A stretch of DNA of 55,247 nt, counting the filler, from Bipalium vagum (taxonomy: Eukaryota), in assembly GCA_037834085.1 (NCBI GenBank). It is 3 parts of 3 records of this genome, joined end to end, with 100 filler letters (N's around TTAATTAATTAA, not from the genome) between each part and the next. Parts side by side here need not be neighbours in the genome. Positions count along the whole stretch, not along the records: positions 1 to 19,087 come from JBBMKC010007614.1; 2 more parts are not named here. One strand, 5' to 3'. The notes beneath the pieces are model-generated. The model made no database searches and was not told the DNA's origin. It saw only the letters and a list, made by a program, of their open reading frames with translations. Positions within the stretch are counted from its first letter, which is position 1. Each line of letters begins with the position of its first letter. A program made the translations under genes and the position numbers. Shown here in pieces: positions 1 through 14,370 of the stretch.

Positions 1-1089
1 ATTAATATTATTAATAATAATACTATTATTATTATTATTTATACATTATTTATAGTTTTTATTATTTATTTTTCCCCCGGGGGTGTCTTGGTAAACCCAA
101 CATATATAAACAGCAGAATAATTCAGTGGAGCAATTGTTACCATTTATACTTTTATTTGTTACCAATTTTTGTATTTATGTTCTTTTAGTGACAAAATTT
201 ACTGTTTTTATTTTTCAAAATTTCATAAGTTTTGCTTACTATTATTAGCAATTTAATACGTCACCATTTATTATTTTATTATTTATTAACAATTTAATTA
301 ATTTTAATTAATATTATTTTATTGAAACAGTTATTTTTGATGTTCAAAAGCTTATCAATAATATTGTTATCTAGGGCTTGGAAGTTTGTTTTACACTAAA
401 ATATAAAAATTTTCTACATTATTAAGAAAATGTTTATCAATCAAAATATTTTTTATTACAAATACGGATTAAAAAATTTCCACAGATATACGAAATAAAG
501 TTTTTAACAGATATGCAAAAAATGTTTTATGATCACCAATAAATTCAAAATAATAAAAAATTTTCCATTTTCAAGTTTGTGAATTGTTCTGTTTCATTTT
601 TTTTATTACTCTTCTTTTAGTTATTTTTCTTCTTTATTGGATTATCTGTTGGGATTATTGGTTCATCTTCTGTTTCGATATTGATATTGAATTGATCGGT
701 AGGGTTATGAGTCTCCACAAAGCCATCTTTAATAGTGACCCAGTAATATATTTTTCTCAATGAGAAAAGAACAAAATGCGCTTTGATCACAAAAGAGAAG
801 AGAATAAAGCTTTTGTTCAAAGGATTTTTTCAAGAAACCTCAAAGACAATCAGGTAGTCCTAAGGATGTTACCGTTCACAGATTAGCAATATTGGCTTGC
901 AATGTTGCGGAAGTTTTCGTTGTAATTTTATAATAATTTATCGTTTATGCTCTAATTGATATTACTTTTAAATCTTCATGTTCTACATCTTTTCTACTTA
1001 GCTCTAGAAGTCTGTCAAACCTGTTGAAAATGTTATTTTTAGAACTTTGTTGTACTCCTCCTTTTTATTTTCTTTTGAATTCAAAAATT

Positions 1090-1215
1090 AAAATTTCAAC
1101 ATCTCCAATATTGCAAACTAATACTGTCAATCAATTTAAATGTTATAGGTGTAATAGTCTATACATAGTGGAGGTACAGTGTCACTTTAGAACAGGTATT
1201 AGCTAACATTCGCAA
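1090..1215 (+). mobile_element. Degenerate Penelope-like element, GIY-YIG endonuclease fragment
   Basis: Translation SPILQTNTVNQFKCYRCNSLYIVEVQCHFRTGIS*H follows the Penelope pattern NVVYxFxCxxCxxxYIGETxRxLxxRxxEH, with several substitutions and a stop. Confidence 0.6.
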
Positions 1216-1290
1216 TTAATCAGAACAAGTAAAATCTTAGATAACAAAATAGTACTTTCATTTAATGAATTAAAATATTAATATTAATAA

Positions 1291-1330
1291 CTGACGAAGA
1301 ACTGGAAAGAAAGTTCGAAAGATGTTTCAT
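1291..1330 (+). ncRNA. Degenerate minimal hammerhead ribozyme motif of the Penelope type
   Basis: CTGACGA-A-GAACT...AGTTC-GAAA-GATG: both core boxes and a 5-bp stem II, just downstream of the GIY-YIG fragment. Stems I and III are imperfect. Confidence 0.4.
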
Positions 1331-4142
1331 AATAATAAATAGTTTAGCAAATTTGGTTGTAATTCAATGAAAAGCGTTTATTTGATAAATAAATAAATTA
1401 TTATGATTTTTCTTCATAATAATTTATTTTTTTATTGAGTGAAATTTACACTAAAATTCCACAAAAAAATATTATTATACTTATTATAATTATAAATATT
1501 AATATTAAATGAAATATTAGTTTTAATGAAGTAAAAGTCGAGGTTAAGTTTAACCACATTTTTATGAAATTTTAAATCGGTTAAACAATTAACATTTGAT
1601 TTTGTCTATTCATTATCAAATACGTTATTTTCGTTTACTAACAAAGTTTATATAATTATTAATCATGTTCCTTACATTGGACAGTCGAACTCTGTCTCAA
1701 AAAGTCAAATAACTTTTATATTTGAGAACATTACACTTTGTTAAAACACTACATTTATTTTAAAAAGTTTTGATTAAGATTGCAAATTTTAAGAAATTAG
1801 TTTTGGTACAGCTTTTTTCACAATTCAATTCAAGTCCTAATTGATTGAATTTAATGAGTTAATCAAACTAAAGTACTAATAGTACAGTTTTCTCAAACCA
1901 AAATTGCAAATTAAGAAAGGAAAAATGATTTTCATAAATATTGATTTTCTTTGCAAGAATAAAATAGCCCACTTAAGAATTTTCTTTAAATATCTCCCCT
2001 TTTCTTTCAAGTGATCGACAATAAGTAATCCGCAACCACTAATTGGCGATCAATGACTTTTGTAATTTTTTATTATTAAGAAATGAAAATTAATGACAAA
2101 TACAATTTTTCTAAAAAAAGTCTGATCAAAAGAATTATTTAAGAAACCCCTTTGTCTTAATAAAAGTGTCCTACTTTATTTTCTTTTAAAAAAATAGTAA
2201 TAATAAAACATTATATCATGCGTCGTACAACCTATCATTCACTCAATGATCATATGATGCGTAATCATATAAATGTCATAATAGACGATAATCCTAAGGC
2301 TGTGGTTAGATTAAATAAGAAACAATTATGTCATAAGGGGAGTGTTGGATCACCCCAGGTATAGTGTGGGGTGAGAATATGAAAATCAGAGAAAGATCGG
2401 GCATAAATTTCTGATATAGCTGAAAAGTTACAGACCCGATAAGAAGTGTGAATGATTTGGGCGTCACATTAATTTTTACATATATAAAAATAATATAAAA
2501 TATATAAGATTAAGAAACAAAGATTATATTCTTATAGTGACAGTGGCAGATTCCAGTGTAGAAACCAATTTTTTATATAAATTTTTTTATAATCCACTTA
2601 GTATACTGTTTTCAATTTTTGTTCAGAAATATAATTCGAAACTTTTTATTCAAATTTTCAGACTTAGTTTAATCTTGTTTATTAGTTGAATTCATTTTTT
2701 TGTGGCCGTCTAAAAATAAAATTGGAATTTTATCTTCCGGATTTTTTTGTTTACTTGACTACAAAGCTTCAAACAGGTATTTTAGGTATTAGTTTAATTA
2801 TTAACATACATCTTTTAAAATTGTTATTGCGTTGAACTCAAACAATTGTCTAACATTCCTATTTAATTACAACATTATTACACAATATAAAAAAGTCAAA
2901 AAATTAAGTATGGAAATAAATAAATTTTCCTAGACAAAACAGCATACGGGTAGATATTAAATATTCATCAATTATTTGGTTTTAAAGTATCCTGTTTAAT
3001 TTTCAATTTTTTATCTAGAATCTTTTCCAACTTTTACAAAACTTATGAAAATAGACATGAAAATTTGTTTCCTCAACAAATTAATTTTTAAGTTTTTTCA
3101 ATTTAATTATTTACATTTTACCTACCATAACTTCAAATAACGTGACTTTTCTGGTTATACAAACAAATTTTTATTATCTTAATAGTATCATAGCTCTTTG
3201 GTAATTAGGAATATGGTTTTGATACTGTAAAATATAATTTCTTTCACAAATTTGAAATTTAACAAAAAGTTGGAAACCATGGTAGATTTAATAATTAAAA
3301 CAAGCTTGACTTCAAAAACAAGTTATTTTGGTTACCGGTATCAACATACCAGATGATCAGTTAAACATTTTCATTATTAATATACTTAATTTAGATTTAA
3401 TTAAACAAAACTATTTCACGTTCTAATAAAAATTATATTACAGATTTATAATATTCAAAACAAGGTTATAATCTGCCTACATAATAAGATAATTAGTAAT
3501 TTCTAAATTTACAGTGATCTTGCATTCAAAATTTAATGACAGTAAGCCATAATTGTCTGATAAGCCAAATTTAAAACTACAAACAGAACTTTCTACCTTG
3601 ATTTAGAACTCAAATTATGATTGGACAAAAAATAATTTTAACAGCTGATTTGAGAAGCTACATTTTCAGGACAAATCGAGACTAAAAATGTATGTGATAA
3701 TTTAGCCTTGTCAGCAAATCTAAGATATTAAATGACGAATTAATAATTATTTATTTTTTAAAATAATAAATAGTTGATAATCATTAAAGCCAAAAAGTGT
3801 AAACTCAATTGAAATATAATCCAAATATACAACCGAGGTATTGTCATAATTCTGCAATATAATCAAAGGTCGGAGAGCACACCATTGTCGTAAAATACTA
3901 TGAGCCGTAATAAAAAGGTATTCATTCATTGCACTATAAAAGGAAAAGTATTATATACCCCATAATATAGTGTAACAAAAGTGAAGAACTGGATGATAAC
4001 AATGATGATAACAATGGTGTTGTTAGCAAGAAAGTTGTTTTTTAATAATAATAATATTAGACAGAAATCGACAAATGATTTGTCCTCAAGAAAGACTAGC
4101 AAAAACGCACAAAAGTACAATTTTCAGCTTTTCTGCGCTCTT

Positions 4143-6621
<2,479 letters not shown>

Positions 6622-7128
6622 AATAATAATGAATCAATATAAGAATAGTGACATTTATTGCTTAAGCATTACACATTTAAACAAATTTATAAATAATTTT
6701 TATTAATTTTGAAATGTTAGTGAAATTAAATATAATTAAACATTACTTATATATAGTTATTTTAATCATTAAATAAATATTCAAAAATTATTTTAAATCA
6801 TCAATACTGACATTGCTAATCTGATTTATTTCTTGTTTTTATTTAATTCGTGATATAATTTAAATTACGGAAGTCAATATATTACTCTAAATTATTTTTA
6901 AAGACTTAATAATAAGTATCTTTATTATAAAAATTTTCAGTGGTTTAACTCGTTAAATATTTATATTTTATTGTTGGACATTATGATTTTAAGTACTACC
7001 TTTTTAATACATTATCATTATCTCTATATTCTATATACAAGTGTTAAAATTCATATCTGGCATTACTCGATAATTAAATTCAGTAATATATTTTGTATTC
7101 TACGTGAATTTTATTAAATTTTTCCTAC

Positions 7129-8487
7129 TATAGAGTGTTACATTTAGGATGATGTATTCCATTGTATTTAATATATGAATAATATTTTTATTTCATACAC
7201 AGATTACTATTAATTATGGAGCACAGCATCACTCATTTGTCCTTCTAGAGCACGTTTGCAGTTGTCCATTCGATGAATCCTATTTTCCATTACTCTCTTA
7301 CACAAATCAGAGGAAATTCCAGTAAAAGTGTGTTCGATATTGGTTTTTAGAAATTCCAAAATGTCTATATTATTTCTGTAGATATAGATTTGAGATGTCC
7401 CCAAAGAAAAAGTCAAGGAGTGCCAAATTGTTCGAACAAGGCAGCCAATTGATTGACCAATTTCTTGAAATAAGACACTTACTAAACTTTAATTTCAATA
7501 ATTGGGTGATTTGACCAGATGTGTGACAAGTAGCTTCGTCTTGTTGAAACTACATATCACCCACCTGAAGATCTTTTAATTGCAAAAAAGGAAAGAAAAG
7601 TATCCTTTAACATTGTGAGATAAATTGAAAAATAGTCGGGGGAAGTAGCTGAGAGCAGTCCATGCACATATGAAAGATCCTAAGTTTGAATCTCCGATAA
7701 ATTCTCAACTAACAAATATGGAGTGATATCTTTCCCCATTTATTGTAACGAATTTTTCAGCGTTATTGAAGAAGTACAGACCAATAGTTCATCCAGCATG
7801 AAAACTACAACAATAGTATTTTTTGTGGATATAATGGCGTCTTTTGCATCACTTCTGAGTTTGAGGTTGACCAAATCCTGTAAATTTGCTTACTCACAAA
7901 GGCATTGAAAAAAAGAGTCTCATAACTAAAGATAACTTTCTGATAAAAAATCAATGACATTTTCAAGCTTTTTCAAAGCTTATTTCGAAATTTTTCGTAG
8001 CAATAATTGATCATTCGTCTTTAGCTGTTGAGTCAGCTTGATCTTTTATAGGCGCAAGTCTAGGTTGAAGTGCAAAATTCTCCACAATAATGTTTGGGAG
8101 TATCTTATTCCTGAGAACGGTTCGCCAAATCGATTCATTTGGGTTTAAATAGACATTCTAATAGCTGCAATATTTTTTTTACATTGGGCATTTCTTTACC
8201 TTATTGGAGTTGTAACATTCATAAGTAAATATGATGCCTCAATTTTTTGGACCAAACGTTCCGCTGTTTTTCTAGTGGAATGATTATAACCGCTAAAAAT
8301 CTGTTTTAAAACGCGTAAAGTTTCTATAATTGAACCCGTACTTTGGTAATAAATTGGAATTAATTGCAGTCGTCCAATTGATGCATATGCAATAAATGTA
8401 AAAATGAAAATTTAAAACAAATGAAATGAAATATAAAGTTTATATTCAAAATACAAAATTCACCGTCTTTAATGAAACACCTTTCTT
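7129..8487 (-). mobile_element. Decayed Tc1/mariner-superfamily element (rosa/DD41D-like), interrupted by a solo LTR
   Basis: Imperfect TIRs (TATAGAGTGTTACATTTAGG at 7129; reverse complement GAAAGGTGTTTCATTAAAG near 8485). Remnants KIKLTQQLK, VTINGERYHS-MLKD, FQQDEATCH, WLPCSNNLALLDFF, with many stops and frameshifts. Confidence 0.75.
7614..7714 (+). mobile_element. Solo LTR of the tRNA-LTR TRIM family
   Basis: TGTGAGATAAATTGAAAAATAGTCGG...CTCCGATAAATTCTCAACTAACA aligns with the LTR at 19298-19401. Flanks are AACAT/AATAT. Removing the LTR and one flank restores the host frame RYHSMLKD. Confidence 0.8.
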
Positions 8488-9319
8488 TTTATAAAATAGT
8501 TCAAACAAAATAGTACAGAAACTGAAAAAAGTATTATAAGTCTAATTATTAAGGTAACTAAATTTATTAGTGTAAACATAGCTAAACCTGGCTCTTAATA
8601 AGGTTTCCATATTTTAAAATCCAATTAATTGAAAACATTAATAAAATTCATAAATTTGTAGTCAGAATAACATAATTCAGACTTTATTTATTAATATGTT
8701 TTATTGCTGTTTCAGAAAAACCTATTAACTTTTAATAAAATAAATAAATGAAATAAAATAATTATAAAATGAGATAATCATAGGATAAATAAGAGTTTTA
8801 ATTTAACTAAAAAAACTTAATAAAAACAGGAAAGTCAACAGAAAAAAAATCATAAAATTTCCTCAAAATAAAAATCAAGAAAAGAATTACTAAGAATTTA
8901 TAAGAATAGTAAGAAAAGAAATTAAAATAGAAAACAGTGGTTACCATTTTAAAAAAGGACAGAGAAGCAATTAGTATAAAAGGAAAGACAGAATTTCAAA
9001 GAGACACAAAAAATATTATTAAATAAAAATAACAACATTAAATTTTATTTTGAACATTAAAGACGAACATACCAAAACTAGCGACACAGACCCACATCAA
9101 AAAATAAATAAAATAATAGCTAAACTATCCTACAGAAACCTTTCAGAACGCATCGGAGATTATAACCAAGCCTATAGAAACTTATTGAAATCAAATTATC
9201 CCACGGTCAACAGCAAGAATATAAATACACAATTCAGATTTTAAAGAAAGAGAATAACCGAAAGAAAATTGTCATAAAGCCTAATATTTTATTCATGTTA
9301 TTGAGTAATTTTATTTTTT

Positions 9320-9950
9320 TTACTGCTGGAACTTGTTTTAGGATCTAAAACAAAATTTATTTTCAATATAATATTTTATTAAATAAATAGATAATTCAGA
9401 ACTTGTTTTATATTTAAAACAAAGCTCCTCATCGATCTTTAAATAATTCAATATAATATTTGTATAAATAATTCAGGACTTGAAGATCCACAACGATTAT
9501 TAAATAAATCTAACCTCATTTCTATTCATATATTTTCAAAGTAAACTTGTTTTGTAGTAAAAACAGGTTTATTATAATTAAAAAAATAAATGAACAAGTC
9601 AAGACTTGAGGATCATATAATTTTTAGAATTTTCCGTTCCTATCACCTTTTTTCTTTTACTGTTCTTTTTTAGAGCTAAGTAGAGCGATGAAAAAAAATT
9701 TTTCGCAAATCGAGGACTTCTGAGCCTAGGAGCGAGGAGATTTTTCTTAATAACTAAATTCCCAAACAAAGTTTTAAAAATCCATAAAGGATGATAATCA
9801 ATAATTGTTATAAATTTATTTTTATTCAAAATACACTTTGTAAACTAAACTTGTTTTCTTGGTGACTTTTAAATATTAAAAGCAACCTTCGTCGTTAAGT
9901 CCTAAATACACAGCTCCATACATTTATTGACTTTTTTAGGAACTTAATAG
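9320..9950. repeat. Copy A of a dispersed repeat with spaced palindromes (ACTTGTTTT-N6/7-AAAACAAAG)
   Basis: Palindromes near 9329, 9399 and 9544. Shares the blocks TAAGTAGAGCG, CTGAGCCTA and GCAACCTTCG.CGTTAAG.CCTAAATA.ACAGCTCCA with 27220-27850. Confidence 0.8.
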
Positions 9951-10196
9951 AGGCACAATACCGATGATCCAGAAGAAGTCAAATAAACGGATATTTGATA
10001 TTCTTCTTTAATACAATGTTATCTAGGATGATTTGCGGAATTTATTAGTCCAAAATTGATTTACTTTTTAAATTAGAATATTTATTTGATTCCGACTGGT
10101 ACTAAGAAAATATATGTATTAATTCACTATATACTATGTACATTTAATTAAGTATTAACTAGTCTATTTAATTAATTTAAATAATCATAAAATATT

Positions 10197-10426
10197 TATT
10201 GGGATGTTCGGAAAGTTACTTTGCATTTTTTTATTAAAAAGTAAGATCAAAGGTTTTATTAGTAATAAATATTTTAATCAATGATCTATTCTCCCTTTTG
10301 TTCCAAGACCTTCTGCTATCTACCAGGCAATCTGAATATCTCAATCTTTAAAATGACTTAAGTGCTTTAAAATAATATTTAAAGATAGGTATAAAAAAAC
10401 GATGTGACTTTCCGAAAAACCAAATA
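10197..10426 (-). mobile_element. Mariner deletion derivative (MITE-like)
   Basis: TIRs TATTGGGATGTTCGGAAAGTTAC and GTGACTTTCCGAAAAACCAAATA with TA ends. The interior encodes a mariner C-terminus, IFRLPGR*QKVLEQKGE*IID. Confidence 0.75.
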
Positions 10427-12269
10427 TTTATTATATATACATTTAAAAATAAATATGAAAGTCAAACGTTCTTAAGCGGAAGTAGGCTGTTCGGCAATCT
10501 TCGACATTCTCTTTAATGGTAGGATAGCAGTGATTAGCCTTTGACTTATTGTTATTGTTTTAAAATCTCTTTAAGAATTGATTGAATGTTATTAATAACT
10601 TATTCTGTTGGAAAATTTTTATATAATAATTCTTTTGCTTTATTAATAACTTTTTTTTATCTGTATTTTTTCATCCATTTAAAAAGTATTTTCTCTAGAT
10701 ATTTATTTATATTATGTAATAAGAGATTATTTTGAAAAAAATCTAAAATCTAAATAATAATTTATGGTATTAAAGAAAAAATAATTTTTAAAAATATGAT
10801 GTAGAATTTATAAACAATATGAAAATTAATTTATAAAAAATTCCAAAAGGTGAAATAAATAAATATCTAGATAGACATAGCGGATGTAAAAAAGCTTCAG
10901 AGTAAAAGATATTTAAAATCAAATATATAATAAATTAAACTTTAATACCTGGAAAAAAGATTGTAATATAATCTTAAAAATTATTGATTTGTATAAAATA
11001 TTTGTTAATAACCCCTTTAAGGTATAAAACTAGAAATTAGATTATAAATGGGTTGGATAAAATACTCAGTGATTATCAAAAATTTCAGTGATATGATGCA
11101 GATTTGCTGTGACTATAAATAAAAATCCTATTGGTTAATATTATTTAGAATGTTAAATTTCTTTATTCGATATATATATTTTAAAATTTAAAAATGGTTA
11201 AAATTCGGTCATTTTTATTTAAACGGACAGTTTAGAATTTTTAAACATTTTAATAAATTTTTATAACTGTTGTTAATGTGGGTGACGCGAATATTAATTA
11301 GTTGTTTAAGAAAAAAACTGAATTATTGGAATAATTAAATTACTATAAAAATTGATTTTCTTATATTATTGATTTATGGTAAAATATGAATTTTGAACAG
11401 TGTGTCAATTCAGTAATGAAAATTAATTTAGAGTCAGTTTTAGCGGCGAACTATGAGAATGTTACTTAATATCATAAAATAAAAATTGAAAATTAGTCTT
11501 TTTTCACCTTTAAAATAATTATAATTATTCCTTTAAAACAAAACGGGTCAACCTGAATTTAGTCATTAAAAGTTACAGCTTGAGTAGGACAACATTATAT
11601 CATAAACGGTTTGACTGTATGAAGTAACGTTTTCTACTTAATACAAATCTTATTTTCTGTCTCTCATAACACAAATAATTAAAATCATATTACACAATTA
11701 AAATTTATGGATCCTCTGGATCAATTCTCTTTTAATAAAAGTTGATCAAAAAAATTGAATTAAATAACCAGTTTATATACGAGAAATATCTTACAATCTT
11801 TAATTTAAATTAACTGAAATTTACGATTGAAGACCATGACGACCTTCGTTCTTGGAATAAATTTAAATAAAATTAACACAGAAAAACGGATTGATAATTA
11901 AATGTTTAACTGAAAATTTAATTAATTAATCAAAAATATTTAATATTTAATGGGACCGAAACATAATAACGAAGTACTTCTTCGGAGCTTTATCCCCTTC
12001 TTTATATTAAACTATTTTAATTAATTTTTAATTTTTAGGCGATAGTTTATCCAATCCATGTCGTATCAATGTCTACGGAGAAACCTTTGTCCTCAGAAAA
12101 ATTGAAATAACCGTAACAATCACTGTGTAACAGAGTAATATTACTATAATTTTATTCACTATGAAGCATGTGAATGGATAAATTAGTAAATAAAATCCAC
12201 AATACGTTCTACAGTACACATTATTTATTGATAATAAAATAAACAATACAGTTATTTTTAGCATAGACT

Positions 12270-13535
12270 TCATTCTCCAAGGCTTCTGGTGAATATCTGT
12301 TTCTGAAAGTCTGATAGGCATTCGATCAGTGTTTTCACTGAGTCCAATGAGATTGAATTGTAAAGTGAAATTCTTAAACCTCCTACTGCTCTGTGCCCCT
12401 TTATTTCAATGATATTGTAGTTCGATTTGGCAAATTTAACCAAAAGATTTTCAAGATCTTCATCTCCATCATTGATTCTGAAGACAACATTAACCGAACT
12501 CCTATACTTAACAGCAACTGGACAGCTGAAACAAAGATGATAAAGTTCTCATGATATCTATCGTGCTTACTTATAAAACCCTTCACTATCATCGAGAAAT
12601 TTATATAGTAATGTGCTCTTCAATAAATTTACTTCTTCCATCTTCTTTAGACCGCCAAAATCTTTTACCCATTTTAATATCAAGGAAGCCACATAAATAG
12701 AAAAAGTAGGCGGAGTATTGTAAAGAGAATTCATTCCGGCCTGCAATTTATAGTTGAACACTGTCGGGGTTTGAGGAAGAGCATAATTCAACAGATCTTC
12801 TCGAACAATGACAATAGTTAAGCCTGCAATACCAATATTTTTTTGAGCCGACGCAAATATTAAGCCAAATTTGGAAATGGGAATTTCTCTCGTTAGAATG
12901 TTGCTTGACATATCGCAAACAATTGGAACGTCAGGAAGAGAATCCAGAACCCCGGGAAACTCAATCCCATTAATCGTCTCATTGGCACAGTAGTATATAT
13001 AGGAAGCATTAGAATTAAGGTCCCATTGAGAAGACTTGGGAATTTCTATATGGTTTTATATTTATAATTATTATCTAAAATAATATTAATGGTACCCGTG
13101 AAAGATTTCACTTTTGGAAACACTTCTCGTATATTTCCGTATTTTGCCGCTTCCGATGCAGCCTTACCAGACCAAATTCCGGTGATCACATAGTCGGCTA
13201 TCTTCTCGGGCTTGCGATTGATCAAGTTCAATGGAATCGATGAGAATTGACCGGTGCCTCCCCCTTGTAAAAAAAGTACCTTATAATTGGACGGTATGTT
13301 TAAAAGCTCTATCATGAGATTTTCAGCATCATTTGTTATTTTGCTGAACTCCGATGATCGGTGTGACATTTCTAAAACACTGTACCCAACATTGTTGTAA
13401 TTTACAAGATCCAACTGAATTTCTTTTAAAACCTGTATGGAAAACACTATAATATATCAATGGAAACAAAAGGCACTTGAGTACTTCAAGAGGTAGTTTT
13501 GCTGGTCCAGCACAAAAATTAATGACAGACTTCAT
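12270..13535 (-). CDS. PSAT1: Phosphoserine aminotransferase; exons 13535-13485, 13432-13096, 13045-12571, 12525-12270; about 372 aa
   Basis: GT-AG introns of 52, 50 and 45 bp give a continuous frame. Motifs: [43 protein letters not shown] (PLP lysine), [20 protein letters not shown]. Confidence 0.95.
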
Positions 13536-14149
13536 AATTACAAATAATCCATGTCAGCTCAGTTATTTATATCTTGCGCGTCTTGATTACATAACATGAT
13601 AGTAACATGAATTACGAACTTTGGAATAATGATAATCTGAACAACTTTCAGAGCATGTAGCATTCAATGTACTAATGTATTCGGATTGGATCAGTTATGA
13701 TCTCTGTCTTTCTCTCTGAAAACTATTGCTAATCACATGGGTAACAGTCAAGCTCTTTCGTCCTGTTTTTCTAAAACTATTGAAATAATTCCATTTTTGC
13801 CCGCCATTCAGAATGGACCTTCCATTTCTCGGTAAATGTTGTTCCTACTACCGGAAGACGTATGCGTGTTTATCATACATATCATATAATAGCATATGCC
13901 AAATAGTAATAATCCTAAGTTTATGGTAGTTTCGAATTCCAATTCAGGTTACACCAGGTAGTCAATTAGAAAATAATTTATAACCATAACTGTTTTTGGT
14001 ATTGTAATAATAATAATTATAATAATATTATTATTATTATAAAATTAGTTTTAATGCTACTATTTGTTGCAATCTTTATTTTCATTGCATAATCAACCGG
14101 TTTTGTAATATTTTTCACCAAAATCGTCACAGAAAACCCAAGTCTAACA

Positions 14150-14370
14150 GGTCAGACGTGTCTTGTATCTTCGATATGAAGAATTTTTTCAACAATGACC
14201 CACTTATGTATGCCTTCAACGTTCCACATTTTCTATTGAACTACCATCCAATAAGTATAGAACATTCACAACCTTCATTAACAATTATCTAAATATATCT
14301 TTAAGTGTAACGATAAATAGTACAACTGTTGCGATTAGGTTTTGAAGTTCGAATAAATGTCTGTTAATAT
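14150..14370 (-). mobile_element. Possible Penelope-like element 3' remnant
   Basis: TFIRTSKPNRN resembles the E..FI...KP.LN end of Penelope ORFs and is followed by a decayed hammerhead-like box. Heavily degenerate. Confidence 0.25.

Noticed and set aside
2329-2468. Possible short solo LTR (TGTCAT...GTCACA)
   Set aside because: No target-site duplication and no second copy in the window.
9329-9575. CRISPR-like appearance of the spaced palindromes
   Set aside because: Eukaryotic context, no cas genes, degenerate repeats, and spacers that are homologous between dispersed copies.
12270-13535. Bacterial serC or horizontal transfer
   Set aside because: Three spliceosomal introns and an animal-like sequence.
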